Source of the DNA: Bacteroidales bacterium
Lineage (GTDB): Bacteria; Bacteroidota; Bacteroidia; Bacteroidales; Muribaculaceae
Assembly (NCBI GenBank): GCA_900755985.1
Contig: CAAEIL010000010.1
Span: 1 to 60,642, forward strand
Direction of reading: 5' to 3'
DNA length: 60,642 bases
The notes beneath the pieces are model-generated. The model had not been told where the DNA came from. It did no database searches and saw nothing but the letters and a program-made list of their open reading frames with translations. This document shows positions 1 through 8,737 of the stretch, piece after piece. The position numbers and the translations under genes are program-made. The stretch's first letter is position 1; each line of letters begins with the position of its first letter.

Positions 1-110
1 CTCAGTCGTGTACCTCGGTACACTCCTTCGTCTCAAGACAAAAATCAACTCAAGCTATGCGACCCTGCCGTAAACATTTATTATTAAACAAGCTCTTAGA
101 GCTTGCTCAA
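1..110. mobile_element. Possible MITE/IS5-like terminal remnant (truncated by window start)
   Basis: Hairpin GTGTACC-tc-GGTACAC (8-23). Back-to-back ends TTAAACAAGCTC-TTA-GAGCTTGCTCAA contain a perfect palindrome at 89-105. Resembles, from memory, short Bacteroidales MITE ends with TTA/TAA targets. No transposase present. Confidence 0.35.
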
Positions 111-126
111 ATGGAGAAGGCCTCCG

Positions 127-810
127 TCAGTCAAAGAAACGCGGCAGGCCCGGACATTCTTCATAGACATAGTTTAGAAAATTGTTGAAAGGCTGCAATG
201 CTTTGAATGATTCGGTTGCCGCCCGAACAACATCGTCAAAGGCGACAGCATCTTCGGGGAGCTTCCCCAAGGCCGTGAAACTGCGGGGACGCAACAAGTC
301 GATATGTTCCCAATCTTTGGGAAATCCTTTGGGTGCAGTCTTAAGAAAATCTTCACCTACGATATTGAAATGAGAACGAAAATTGTTGGAATTAAGTATT
401 CCGATATACTCGTCTACATTGTCAAATATCGAGCGTCGCACGGCTTTTAGAACCGGAGCCGTCGGACACCATATCCCACCACCGACAAATACATTATTAG
501 GTTCGAGATGAAGATAATAGCCGGCAAGCTGACTTTTCTTACCTCCAAAAGGATTTATGAAAATACCGATATGGCGCTTATATGGAGTTTTGTCAGCCGA
601 GAAACGCGTGTCGCGATATATTCGGTACATGCAGTCTCGCGCTTCAAGCATGGCCGCGGAAAGTTCGAACTCAGACAACGAAGCTATAAGCCTTGTTGCA
701 AGATTTTCGGTCCGCTCTTTGACACAAAGATACCGCTCGCGATTGGCAGCAAACCAGTCACGGTTATTATTGGCGGCAAGCTCGTCAAGAAATCGCAATG
801 TCTCTTTCAT
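127..810 (-). CDS. DUF2461 (TIGR02453) family protein
   Basis: 227 aa; family motifs NNNRDWF, RIYRDTRFSADKTPYK, GYYLHLEP, LKTAPKGFPKD. Confidence 0.9.
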   Translation of the reverse strand: MKETLRFLDELAANNNRDWFAANRERYLCVKERTENLATRLIASLSEFELSAAMLEARDCMYRIYRDTRFSADKTPYKRHIGIFINPFGGKKSQLAGYYLHLEPNNVFVGGGIWCPTAPVLKAVRRSIFDNVDEYIGILNSNNFRSHFNIVGEDFLKTAPKGFPKDWEHIDLLRPRSFTALGKLPEDAVAFDDVVRAATESFKALQPFNNFLNYVYEECPGLPRFFD

Positions 811-870
811 AATCAGTAACAGTAATTCTGTTTGTCCTCATTAACAAGATATTAAACAGTATATGATATA

Positions 871-912
871 CACATCAAGCCTTCGGACGCATGGAACGAA
901 GGCTTGAATGTG
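871..912 (-). terminator. Stem-loop downstream of rpmH
   Basis: CACATCAAGCCTTCG (871-885) pairs with CGAAGGCTTGAATGTG (897-912) with one bulge. Confidence 0.55.
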
Positions 913-960
913 CAGTCCTCCAGGAGGAATGCTTTTACCGAGTGAAATGCGCTCGCGCGA

Positions 961-1116
961 TTATTTCCCGGCGATAGAGCACGAAACGGTGAGACGTGCG
1001 CGGCCTTTGGCACGACGGCGAGCAAGGACTTTGCGACCTTCGGGAGTAGACATGCGCTCACGGAATCCGTGTTTGTTAACTCTTTTTCTGTTAGAGGGTT
1101 GGAACGTTCTTTTCAT
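961..1116 (-). CDS. rpmH: 50S ribosomal protein L34
   Basis: Translated by hand (below ORF-track cutoff): [51 protein letters not shown], the canonical L34 signature. Confidence 0.98.
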   Translation of the reverse strand: MKRTFQPSNRKRVNKHGFRERMSTPEGRKVLARRRAKGRARLTVSCSIAGK

Positions 1117-1159
1117 TGTTGTATATAGCTATAGTTATTTTTGTTCGCATTTCGAAGTG

Positions 1160-1190
1160 CAAAGTTAATATTTTTCTGTCACATATCAAA
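1160..1190 (-). promoter_or_regulatory. Bacteroidota primary-sigma promoter for rpmH
   Basis: Minus strand TTTG (1190-1187), 19 nt spacer, TAACTTTG (1167-1160). Confidence 0.75.
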
Positions 1191-1299
1191 ATCATTTTTA
1201 ACCGCACGCCATCGAATGTTTGATTTTCGTGCTATTTCTGACAGATTTATCATGTAACAATGCCACACTATGCCGGGGAGTTGGGCACAAGACAGGCAC

Positions 1300-2337
1300 T
1301 TACTTTATCTGATAGTTGAGTTTTTTGGTTATTTTGCGATTACGTGACCGAAGCGATGATGAAAAAGCACTACAAAAAAGATGACGTGCCGTATGTTTAC
1401 GTTTATGATAAGAGGCAAATGTATCTTCTCCGAGTTCAAAGTCTTCTTTGTAAACAAAATTTGGCGATATATAATAATATGTAGCGTCTTCGATAAGCGC
1501 ACTTATACCATCCTGCACTCCGGAGACCTCGCTCAGTTGTTGACGGTTGGGAGCAAGACAAAGTATTCCCTTCTGACGGCAAAGTTCGACAACATGTCCT
1601 ATCGTTGCATCAAAGTTGTCAGCAAGTTTATGCATGTCGAAATCTTTCCAATCGCTGTCACCAAGATTCTGTACCGGACGCAACTGAACAACATCCGGCA
1701 ACAGTCCCTCGGGCCAAAGATCAAAAAATCTGTCTCTTTCGAGGTCATGCATATTCATCGAATTGACAGTAAAATTAACGCGAATTTTAAATTCAGGATG
1801 TCTGTCTTTTATCTCTTTAAGATTGTCAAGCAACGTATGCAGTTTGTCAAAATCGGCTCCGGGCATAAGATGCTCATAAGTCTGCCTACGCGTACCATGC
1901 ATCGATATGGTAAGTTCATTCAAGCCATTGACGACCAGCATATCAATGTCGACTGCGCCGCTCGCAATCAGCTGACCGTTGGTTATCAATGCTATATGAG
2001 GAATACCGGCTTTGTACGCACGTGATATTATATCGGGAAGACGCTTATCAAGAGTGGGTTCGGCGCTGCAGCCAATCTGAAAGTTGAGCGCACGGCCAAA
2101 GAAGGTTTTCTGGATAATGTCTAACTGACTGTCGCTCACGCGGGATGGAGCTTCGTTACGCCGCTTCTCGCCGCTAAAAAGGCACATGCGGCAACGTAGA
2201 TTACAAGCCATGACCGGGTCAAAATATATAGCAATATATCTGCGGCCTGTGACATGCATAGACCACAAGCCCATAAGTTTGACAAAACGTGGAACACGCC
2301 GACTGCCGGCTAAACGCAATAAGCGATAGATATTCAT
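1300..2337 (-). CDS. Radical SAM domain protein, function unknown
   Basis: CNLRCRMC (CxxxCxxC), AEPTL and ITNG motifs; no clear SPASM cysteine set. Confidence 0.85.
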   Translation of the reverse strand: MNIYRLLRLAGSRRVPRFVKLMGLWSMHVTGRRYIAIYFDPVMACNLRCRMCLFSGEKRRNEAPSRVSDSQLDIIQKTFFGRALNFQIGCSAEPTLDKRLPDIISRAYKAGIPHIALITNGQLIASGAVDIDMLVVNGLNELTISMHGTRRQTYEHLMPGADFDKLHTLLDNLKEIKDRHPEFKIRVNFTVNSMNMHDLERDRFFDLWPEGLLPDVVQLRPVQNLGDSDWKDFDMHKLADNFDATIGHVVELCRQKGILCLAPNRQQLSEVSGVQDGISALIEDATYYYISPNFVYKEDFELGEDTFASYHKRKHTARHLFCSAFSSSLRSRNRKITKKLNYQIK

Positions 2338-2346
2338 CTTGTAAAC

Positions 2347-2904
2347 TTACTTCCGAGACGTCCAGAATACCTCAGGCCAGCCGGTGCGATGATTAATAGC
2401 ACGTGACAGCACAAAAAGATAGTCACTGAGCCTATTGACAAATCGCAGAAGTACAGGGTCTACCTCAGCTCCGCTTTGTGCGAGAGCAAGAATCTGCCTT
2501 TCGGCACGGCGAACGACGCTGCGGGCAATATTGGCGCGGGCCGAATCGGGATGTCCGGTAGGCAAAACAAAGCTATTGTGACGAGGAAGCTGCGCGTCAA
2601 GTTCGTCAATATCTTTTTCAAGATTAGACACTGCTTCTTCGGGAAAAGGTTCGGGCTGCCATTTTGATTCAGGTTCGGTAGCAAGTGCCGACCCTATGTC
2701 AAACATTCTGTTCATTGCGTTTGTCAGAGTTGCGTGTGCTTCGTCAGGAATCGAATCACAAGCATGCAGAAGTCCGAGCCAGGAATTGGCTTCGTCGACA
2801 GTGCCATAGGCCTCAAGGCGAAGGTCGGTTTTGCTGACACGTTTGCCCCCGACAAGCGACGTGGTGCCCATGTCGCCTGTGCGGGTATAAACATTACTTT
2901 TCAT
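2347..2904 (-). CDS. pduO: ATP:cob(I)alamin adenosyltransferase, PduO type
   Basis: VYTRTGDMGTT, EAYGTVDEANS, RRAER, NRLSDYLF motifs. Confidence 0.92.
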   Translation of the reverse strand: MKSNVYTRTGDMGTTSLVGGKRVSKTDLRLEAYGTVDEANSWLGLLHACDSIPDEAHATLTNAMNRMFDIGSALATEPESKWQPEPFPEEAVSNLEKDIDELDAQLPRHNSFVLPTGHPDSARANIARSVVRRAERQILALAQSGAEVDPVLLRFVNRLSDYLFVLSRAINHRTGWPEVFWTSRK

Positions 2905-2909
2905 AAGCT

Positions 2910-4043
2910 TTATCCAAGAAATTCGACACCAATGCCGGGACGGTCGGGAATAGTGACTTTGCCGTCGACTATCTTGATGCCATCAAAAATGTCGTTCGCG
3001 ATAAGCAGGTTTCCGTCAAGGTCGGCGTAATCGACCAGGGGTGCAATCTGAGCGGCGGCAGTTACGGCGCACGATGTCTCGGTCATACATCCGACCATAA
3101 CTTTCATTCCGAGCGAGCGTGCAAGCACAGCCATCTGATAAGCCTCATGCAGACCGGTGGACTTCATGAGCTTTATATTGATGCCGTCATAAGCTTCAGA
3201 AGCTCGTTTTACATCGGGCAGACGCTGGAAGAATTCGTCAGCGATGATGGGCAGCGGCGAACGTTCACGCAACCATGCTGTGTCATCGATACGTTCTTTT
3301 GCCAAAGGCTGTTCGACAAAGAGGCAATTGCGCTCTGCCAGCCAGTGACACATCTCAAGGGCTTTTTCCTTGTCATCCCATCCCTGGTTGGCATCCACGC
3401 AGATGGGCACATCGGTCTTGGAACGAATGATGTCGACAAGTTCTTTATCATTGTCAAGTCCCATTTTGACTTTGAGAACCTTGTAAGGAGATGCTTCGTC
3501 AACTTTCTGACGCACTACATCGGCCTTATCTATGCCAATCGTGAACGAGGTATTGGGGCATTTGTCAGGATTGAGCCCCCAAATTTTATACCAGGGCTGG
3601 CCCATGACTTTGCCAAGCAGGTCGTGAAGTGCAATGTCTACCGAAGCCTTGGCGGCACGGTTGTTGGGAGCCACAGACTCCATGTATTCGTGAATGTCCT
3701 CGATTCGGAACGGATCCTGAAACTGTCCAAGGTCGAGTTTTGACAGATAGGAGCATACCGACTCGACGCTTTCGCCAAGATAAGGAGGCATGCTCGCTTC
3801 GCCGTATCCGGTAATACCGTCGCAAGTAAGACGCACCTGCACACCGGGAGTAGTCGTACGCTGGTATTTGGCAAGATTGAATGCGTGACGGAGCTTCAGT
3901 TCATATGGTTCGAATGTCAGATTCAGACGACCGGGCGTAAATATTTTCTTTGTGGCCTGTCCGGCAGCTGACATTGACAACTTCGGAAGTGCGAGTGCGG
4001 CGGCGCTCAGGGCCCCAACGCGCAGAAAGTTTCTTCTGTTCAT
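2910..4043 (-). CDS. ykfB: L-Ala-D/L-Glu dipeptide epimerase (enolase superfamily) with twin-arginine-like signal
   Basis: KVKMG, DANQGW, EQP, ADE, NIKLMK, GCMTE and DLDG motifs. N-terminus NRRNFLR plus hydrophobic stretch. Adjacent to an NlpC/P60 gene. Confidence 0.9.
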   Translation of the reverse strand: MNRRNFLRVGALSAAALALPKLSMSAAGQATKKIFTPGRLNLTFEPYELKLRHAFNLAKYQRTTTPGVQVRLTCDGITGYGEASMPPYLGESVESVCSYLSKLDLGQFQDPFRIEDIHEYMESVAPNNRAAKASVDIALHDLLGKVMGQPWYKIWGLNPDKCPNTSFTIGIDKADVVRQKVDEASPYKVLKVKMGLDNDKELVDIIRSKTDVPICVDANQGWDDKEKALEMCHWLAERNCLFVEQPLAKERIDDTAWLRERSPLPIIADEFFQRLPDVKRASEAYDGINIKLMKSTGLHEAYQMAVLARSLGMKVMVGCMTETSCAVTAAAQIAPLVDYADLDGNLLIANDIFDGIKIVDGKVTIPDRPGIGVEFLG

Positions 4044-4251
4044 ATAGGTTTATTATTTTGGAGGCTGTTGATAATCTTTTTTTATTAAAGAAAGACGGGA
4101 ACTTGAAAATAGTTCAATGACATTTATGTGCTTGATTTTTCTTAATGAATCTATACAAGTCCGTGATTCTTTTTTAATGATTGTTGTGGCGAAATGTGGT
4201 ATATCCTTTCTATAACGGAGAAAGACGTAAGATATTATAGCTAAAGCTTTT

Positions 4252-5433
4252 TCAGCGGTTAAAATACCATGGATGGTCAATGGCTCGGGTTATTCCTTTA
4301 GTACCTTGCATACCATTAATACGCACAGCATGCAGGAAGGGCGTACTGAGGTAGTCCGAGCTGGCAGGGTCTACACTGTTGCGTTTGACGCGACCCGACG
4401 AATGTACATAATTGCCGTCATGGTCATAGATTGCCACATGTGTGACACGTCCTGTCTTGGCATTACCGAAGAAAAGGAGGTCGCCTTCCTGAAGCGTAGG
4501 CCAGTTCTTGGCTTCGATACGGCGTCCGGTAAGAGCCTGCTGCGAAGCATCACGCATAATTATCAGACCATTGGCCAGATACGATGTTTTGGCAAGTCCT
4601 GAGCAGTCGAGCGATTTGACTGAAGTACCGCCCCAAAGATAAGGAGTGCCCTCCATTGAATATGCGATGTCAAGTATAAGTTCGGGATTAAACTCCTGTG
4701 AAGCCCATTCTTCGATTGGAGTCAATCCCGAGGTTTCAGCCCAGCCTTTGCGGCCGTCGGGGAGTTCTATTTCGATACGTCCTTTCTGTGCCTTTGATCC
4801 GGTAGCGACAACAATATCGCCTAACACAAGGTCGGTAACGACGTCACGAAGTCCTTTGGCTGTCGGTGTGGCGTAAGCACGTATTTGGTACGGTGATGTC
4901 ACAACCATGCGCTTCGATTTACGCCAGGCGTCCATTTCTGCGGGAGTTTTTAAGGCCACACTGCTTTCGGGTATCCAAGCTATATATCCGTCGGGGGTCT
5001 GAACATGAAACCACTCGCCGTTTTTTTCGAGCACTCGCAAGGGCATGCCCATCAGTGCCTGTGTAGCCATCTCGGCGGCATGTGCGCCCTTTGTACGCAA
5101 GCTGGCTACAGAAATCCGTGGAAGTGCCCAACGGTCAGACGGATATGTCAGAACAGCATTACCTTGTGCAAGGGGAACTTTTTTGTCCTTAAGTGCATTT
5201 GTCAAAGTATCGGCAAGCCATTGTTCGGAAACGATGCCGCGCAGCATGATTTGACCGTTGTTGCCCTCAAGCGCTTCAACATCATATATTACCTGACGCG
5301 AATCGGGAGCATAGGCTTTTTTTACGCGCTCTATTTCGCCCCGTGCAACCGTCAGAGGTGATGCGGCATGGGCTGCAGCCGGCAAAGAAATAACTAATGC
5401 AAGAATTGCAAGTATGTGTTTTCTGGTTATCAT
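4252..5433 (-). CDS. ykfC: SH3b + NlpC/P60 gamma-D-glutamyl-diamino acid endopeptidase (YkfC / dipeptidyl-peptidase VI-like), secreted
   Basis: Signal peptide; SH3b segments (TQALMG..WFHVQTPDGYIAW); PYLWGG, DCSG, RDASQQ, HVAIY, VHSS catalytic motifs. Confidence 0.9.
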   Translation of the reverse strand: MITRKHILAILALVISLPAAAHAASPLTVARGEIERVKKAYAPDSRQVIYDVEALEGNNGQIMLRGIVSEQWLADTLTNALKDKKVPLAQGNAVLTYPSDRWALPRISVASLRTKGAHAAEMATQALMGMPLRVLEKNGEWFHVQTPDGYIAWIPESSVALKTPAEMDAWRKSKRMVVTSPYQIRAYATPTAKGLRDVVTDLVLGDIVVATGSKAQKGRIEIELPDGRKGWAETSGLTPIEEWASQEFNPELILDIAYSMEGTPYLWGGTSVKSLDCSGLAKTSYLANGLIIMRDASQQALTGRRIEAKNWPTLQEGDLLFFGNAKTGRVTHVAIYDHDGNYVHSSGRVKRNSVDPASSDYLSTPFLHAVRINGMQGTKGITRAIDHPWYFNR

Positions 5434-5455
5434 ATTGTGATTTTATTGGTTAAAT

Positions 5456-6844
5456 TCATTTTATGGATTCGTCAAGTACCTGAAAACTCTTCGTCCATGC
5501 AGGATAGAAAAGGTTGCCTTTCGAGCATTCTACCTCACCCATCTGGAAATCTACAGTCTCGCTTCGGACAAAACGCTTTTTGGGGAAGAGTTCGCCACAG
5601 ACGCCTTTATTCGAGGCCATGCGGTATACGTCAAGACCGGTCGACCAGTAGTCGCGCAGATTTTTTTCATTTAACCCTGTCATACGGCCATACGAAGTGT
5701 CGACTGGTACCCACCCTACCCCTTCGTAATATGTTTCGGCCCAGTCATGGAGATTTTCGCGTCCGGTATCTGTAGTCCATCCGCTTTCCCATCGAGCGGG
5801 TACCCCCAATGTACGCATCAGAGATATATACAAGAGCGTAACCTGGCCACAATCGCCGTGACCTTCGGCAAGGACATATTCGGGGATACAGCCTAAAGTG
5901 CTGTATTCGCGTGCGCCGGCCCATGGATAACGCGATACAATCCAATCGTAGACAAGTTCGCTCTGTCTGAATGGGTTTGTTTCATTACCGACGATAGCTT
6001 TTGCAAGCGAATCGAGTCGAACGATATGAGGTGCTTCCAATGCGGTATACTTTTGGTAAAGTTCGCTGGTCTTATCGTAATCCTTAATATTGGCGAGGAT
6101 AAAATCGGGGGCAAAATATTGTCCGTAAGCCGTGTATTCGATTTCATATCCGAAGTGTGTATCCTTGCCTTCGGTCACCGGCTGCTGCATAAACATCGTA
6201 TTATGCACCGAACGGTCATGACCCGAGATGATATAATCGGGCTGCGACACCGACAATATCTTAATGTCACCCTGTCGAGGAGACTCAAAAGGCACCGGCA
6301 TCCAGACTCGCAGAGTATCGTCTTTAAGAGCATCCATATAGGGTACGTCAATAGTAAAGCGATATCTTATTTTGCGGGCGAGACCTTGAGGATTTCCTGT
6401 GCTACAGGTTTTGCCATCGCCTACGGTGCGTTCGTATACCGACCGAGCTTGGCCAATCCTTTCGTCCGATGCCTGACTTCCGCGATTGCTCCATCCGTTG
6501 TTCATTGCTGGATTCAACAAAGCAAGATTGCTCAACGATTTGCGGTGTACACGTTCCACGCCATCGATTACCATTGTCTCGATATAATGTTTATCGGCAA
6601 ATTCGCGCGTATGCGACGCCACATCCTCGCCATATTTTTTAGCAATACCGGCGACGGCCTCGTCAAATGTCAACGAAAAGTCGCTAAGCAGTCTGGCTTT
6701 GATTGCTGCAGCCGAATCAGCTTCCACCCATTCGCTTGCTACATTGTCGGCGTATGATAGTCTTGGTATAGTCAATATGGCCGAAAGCATCGTCGCAACT
6801 AAAGCCCGGCGAGAAATCCTGATAACAATATTCATAAAATCCAA
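5456..6844 (-). CDS. Secreted transglutaminase-like (Cys-His-Asp) protein
   Basis: GHGDCGQ (Cys), HDWAE (His), GWVPVD (Asp); signal-peptide-like N-terminus. Confidence 0.85.
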   Translation of the reverse strand: MDFMNIVIRISRRALVATMLSAILTIPRLSYADNVASEWVEADSAAAIKARLLSDFSLTFDEAVAGIAKKYGEDVASHTREFADKHYIETMVIDGVERVHRKSLSNLALLNPAMNNGWSNRGSQASDERIGQARSVYERTVGDGKTCSTGNPQGLARKIRYRFTIDVPYMDALKDDTLRVWMPVPFESPRQGDIKILSVSQPDYIISGHDRSVHNTMFMQQPVTEGKDTHFGYEIEYTAYGQYFAPDFILANIKDYDKTSELYQKYTALEAPHIVRLDSLAKAIVGNETNPFRQSELVYDWIVSRYPWAGAREYSTLGCIPEYVLAEGHGDCGQVTLLYISLMRTLGVPARWESGWTTDTGRENLHDWAETYYEGVGWVPVDTSYGRMTGLNEKNLRDYWSTGLDVYRMASNKGVCGELFPKKRFVRSETVDFQMGEVECSKGNLFYPAWTKSFQVLDESIK

Positions 6845-7005
6845 AATAAAAAAACTGTCTGAAAATAATTGGCAACCGGCCGTCCGGTTTTTAATTGCGT
6901 AAAGCTACAAAATTTTTTCAAAAAAACATTCAACTTCGGAGCAAATATTCAAACTATTTTTTACAAAACATGTTTTCTGAGACAGCTGTTAGCCGGTTAA
7001 AACGA

Positions 7006-7041
7006 ACGCCGGCCTCAGTGGGTATCCCATTTAGCCGGCGT
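7006..7041 (-). terminator. Probable terminator after DUF4301 gene
   Basis: ACGCCGGC...GCCGGCGT stem followed by a short T run on the minus strand. Confidence 0.45.
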
Positions 7042-7080
7042 CAACTGCAAAAGGCAGTGAAACGAATTATGTCAGGACGT

Positions 7081-8607
7081 TTACGATTGGTGTGCGGGAC
7101 GCAACAAATCGTTGACAGTTTTGACCGGGTTGAAAGTAGTCGAAGGCACTTCGACAAAAATCGTGGACCAGTCGCTCATGGCACCATTCCAAAGTCCGGG
7201 CAACTCCAGGGCTTTGAGTTCACGGCCTTCACACGATTTAGAAGAAATGAAACCGGTGTTATGGTCGACATATTCAGGGAGATTGTAATGTTGTCCGTGG
7301 ATATCAGTAACATAGCAGACAAGGTCGACGGGATTGAAGTGAGTGGCAGTATTCATCATAGCCACATTTTCGGGATTGGACATGTCTATCTGACTTGACT
7401 CGAGAATCTGAGGTGACGATGAACCGTCGGCATTGTATGCGATGTATGGACCTCCCCCGGGCTCGCCTTCATTGCGCACCATACCGCATACACGCAGCGG
7501 CCTGTCAAGTTTGGTACGAATATAGCGGGCCAGTGTCTCGTCATCAAAATGTTTCATCTGCTCATGACGTACATTCAGTGTGTCATGGAGAAAGAGTATC
7601 ATGCGGCGCAAGTCCTCGATAACGTATTTGCCAGAGTCGAGCAAGTCAAGATACGCTTTTATCTGGTCGTGGACAGTTAAAAGCACTCCTGCCAATATTT
7701 TCTTGTAGCGTATAGTGTCCCGGCGCTTGCTGTCGGGAACTACGTTGTCGATGTTTTTGACAAAAATCACCGTGGAGTCAATATCGTTGAGATTCTCGAT
7801 AAGTGCGCCGTGGCCACCGGGGCGAAAAACCAGATGACCTTTGCTGTCACGGAACAATTCGTTGTCAGTAGTAGCGGCGACGGTGTCGGTGGATGGTTTT
7901 TGTTCGGAAAGCGAGATATCGTATTTCACGCCAAATTTATGTTCGAGTGCAGGGCGCACTTGCTCGATTTTGTCTTCAAAGAGTTTGTGGTGAGCTGCCG
8001 AGACAGTAAAATGCAAATGTACCTGTCCGCCGGCCGAAGCTGACTGAGCGCCCTCGGCCATTTGTTCCTCGAGCGGTGTGCGTACTGTTCCGTCTTCATA
8101 ACGATGAAATGACAAGAGGCCCTTGGGGAGTTGACCGTAGTTGAGTCCTTCGGGAGCAACAATTCCGGCAATAATGTCCTTGTAACGTCCCTGCGCTTTG
8201 AGTTGTTCGGCATCGAGTCCGTGCAAAGCCGTCAGTTTCTTGTCCAGTTCGGCTGCAAAAGGGAACTCATTCAGACGTTCTATCACTTGAGCGACATCCG
8301 AGCCGGGTGCGGGCTTGTCTTCGCTGCCATTGACAAAGGCAAAGAGAGCCTTGAACATACGCGAGGCGGCTCCTGATGCGGGGACGAATTTATAGACACG
8401 GCCTTTGTCATCGAGAAACTGCTGCCAGCGGTGAAGTGCCTGTTCTTCTTCGGCATGATTAAGCCGCAGAATTCCTGCCGGGATATTGGCTGATGCTGCG
8501 AGGCGAAGATAAGGAAATCCGCAGCGAAAACGTTCGAGCTGTGTTTCGAGAGTTGCTTCGGAGATTCCCCGCGAAGCCAATGTTTGTAAGTCTTCTTTGG
8601 TTAACAT
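7081..8607 (-). CDS. DUF4301 family protein (nucleotide-sugar pyrophosphorylase-like motifs)
   Basis: KFVPASGAASRMFK, FRPGGHGALIENL, KNIDNV, GEPGGGP, THFNPVD, LPGLWNGAM, FNPVKTVNDLLR. Confidence 0.88.
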   Translation of the reverse strand: MLTKEDLQTLASRGISEATLETQLERFRCGFPYLRLAASANIPAGILRLNHAEEEQALHRWQQFLDDKGRVYKFVPASGAASRMFKALFAFVNGSEDKPAPGSDVAQVIERLNEFPFAAELDKKLTALHGLDAEQLKAQGRYKDIIAGIVAPEGLNYGQLPKGLLSFHRYEDGTVRTPLEEQMAEGAQSASAGGQVHLHFTVSAAHHKLFEDKIEQVRPALEHKFGVKYDISLSEQKPSTDTVAATTDNELFRDSKGHLVFRPGGHGALIENLNDIDSTVIFVKNIDNVVPDSKRRDTIRYKKILAGVLLTVHDQIKAYLDLLDSGKYVIEDLRRMILFLHDTLNVRHEQMKHFDDETLARYIRTKLDRPLRVCGMVRNEGEPGGGPYIAYNADGSSSPQILESSQIDMSNPENVAMMNTATHFNPVDLVCYVTDIHGQHYNLPEYVDHNTGFISSKSCEGRELKALELPGLWNGAMSDWSTIFVEVPSTTFNPVKTVNDLLRPAHQS

Positions 8608-8737
8608 ATAGCACTAAGGTTTTAGATTGATTTTTTAAGTTCATATTCCGCCGAGCGGAATCGTATTTGTTTTTCGGCTTTTAGGCCTGTTATTACAAGG
8701 TATATGGTATAGAGTTAAGTAAATTGTTTTATGGCAG

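Noticed and set aside
852..1168. ORF-track entries 852-1061 (-) and 908-1168 (+)
   Set aside because: Shadows of the real 51-aa rpmH at 961-1116.
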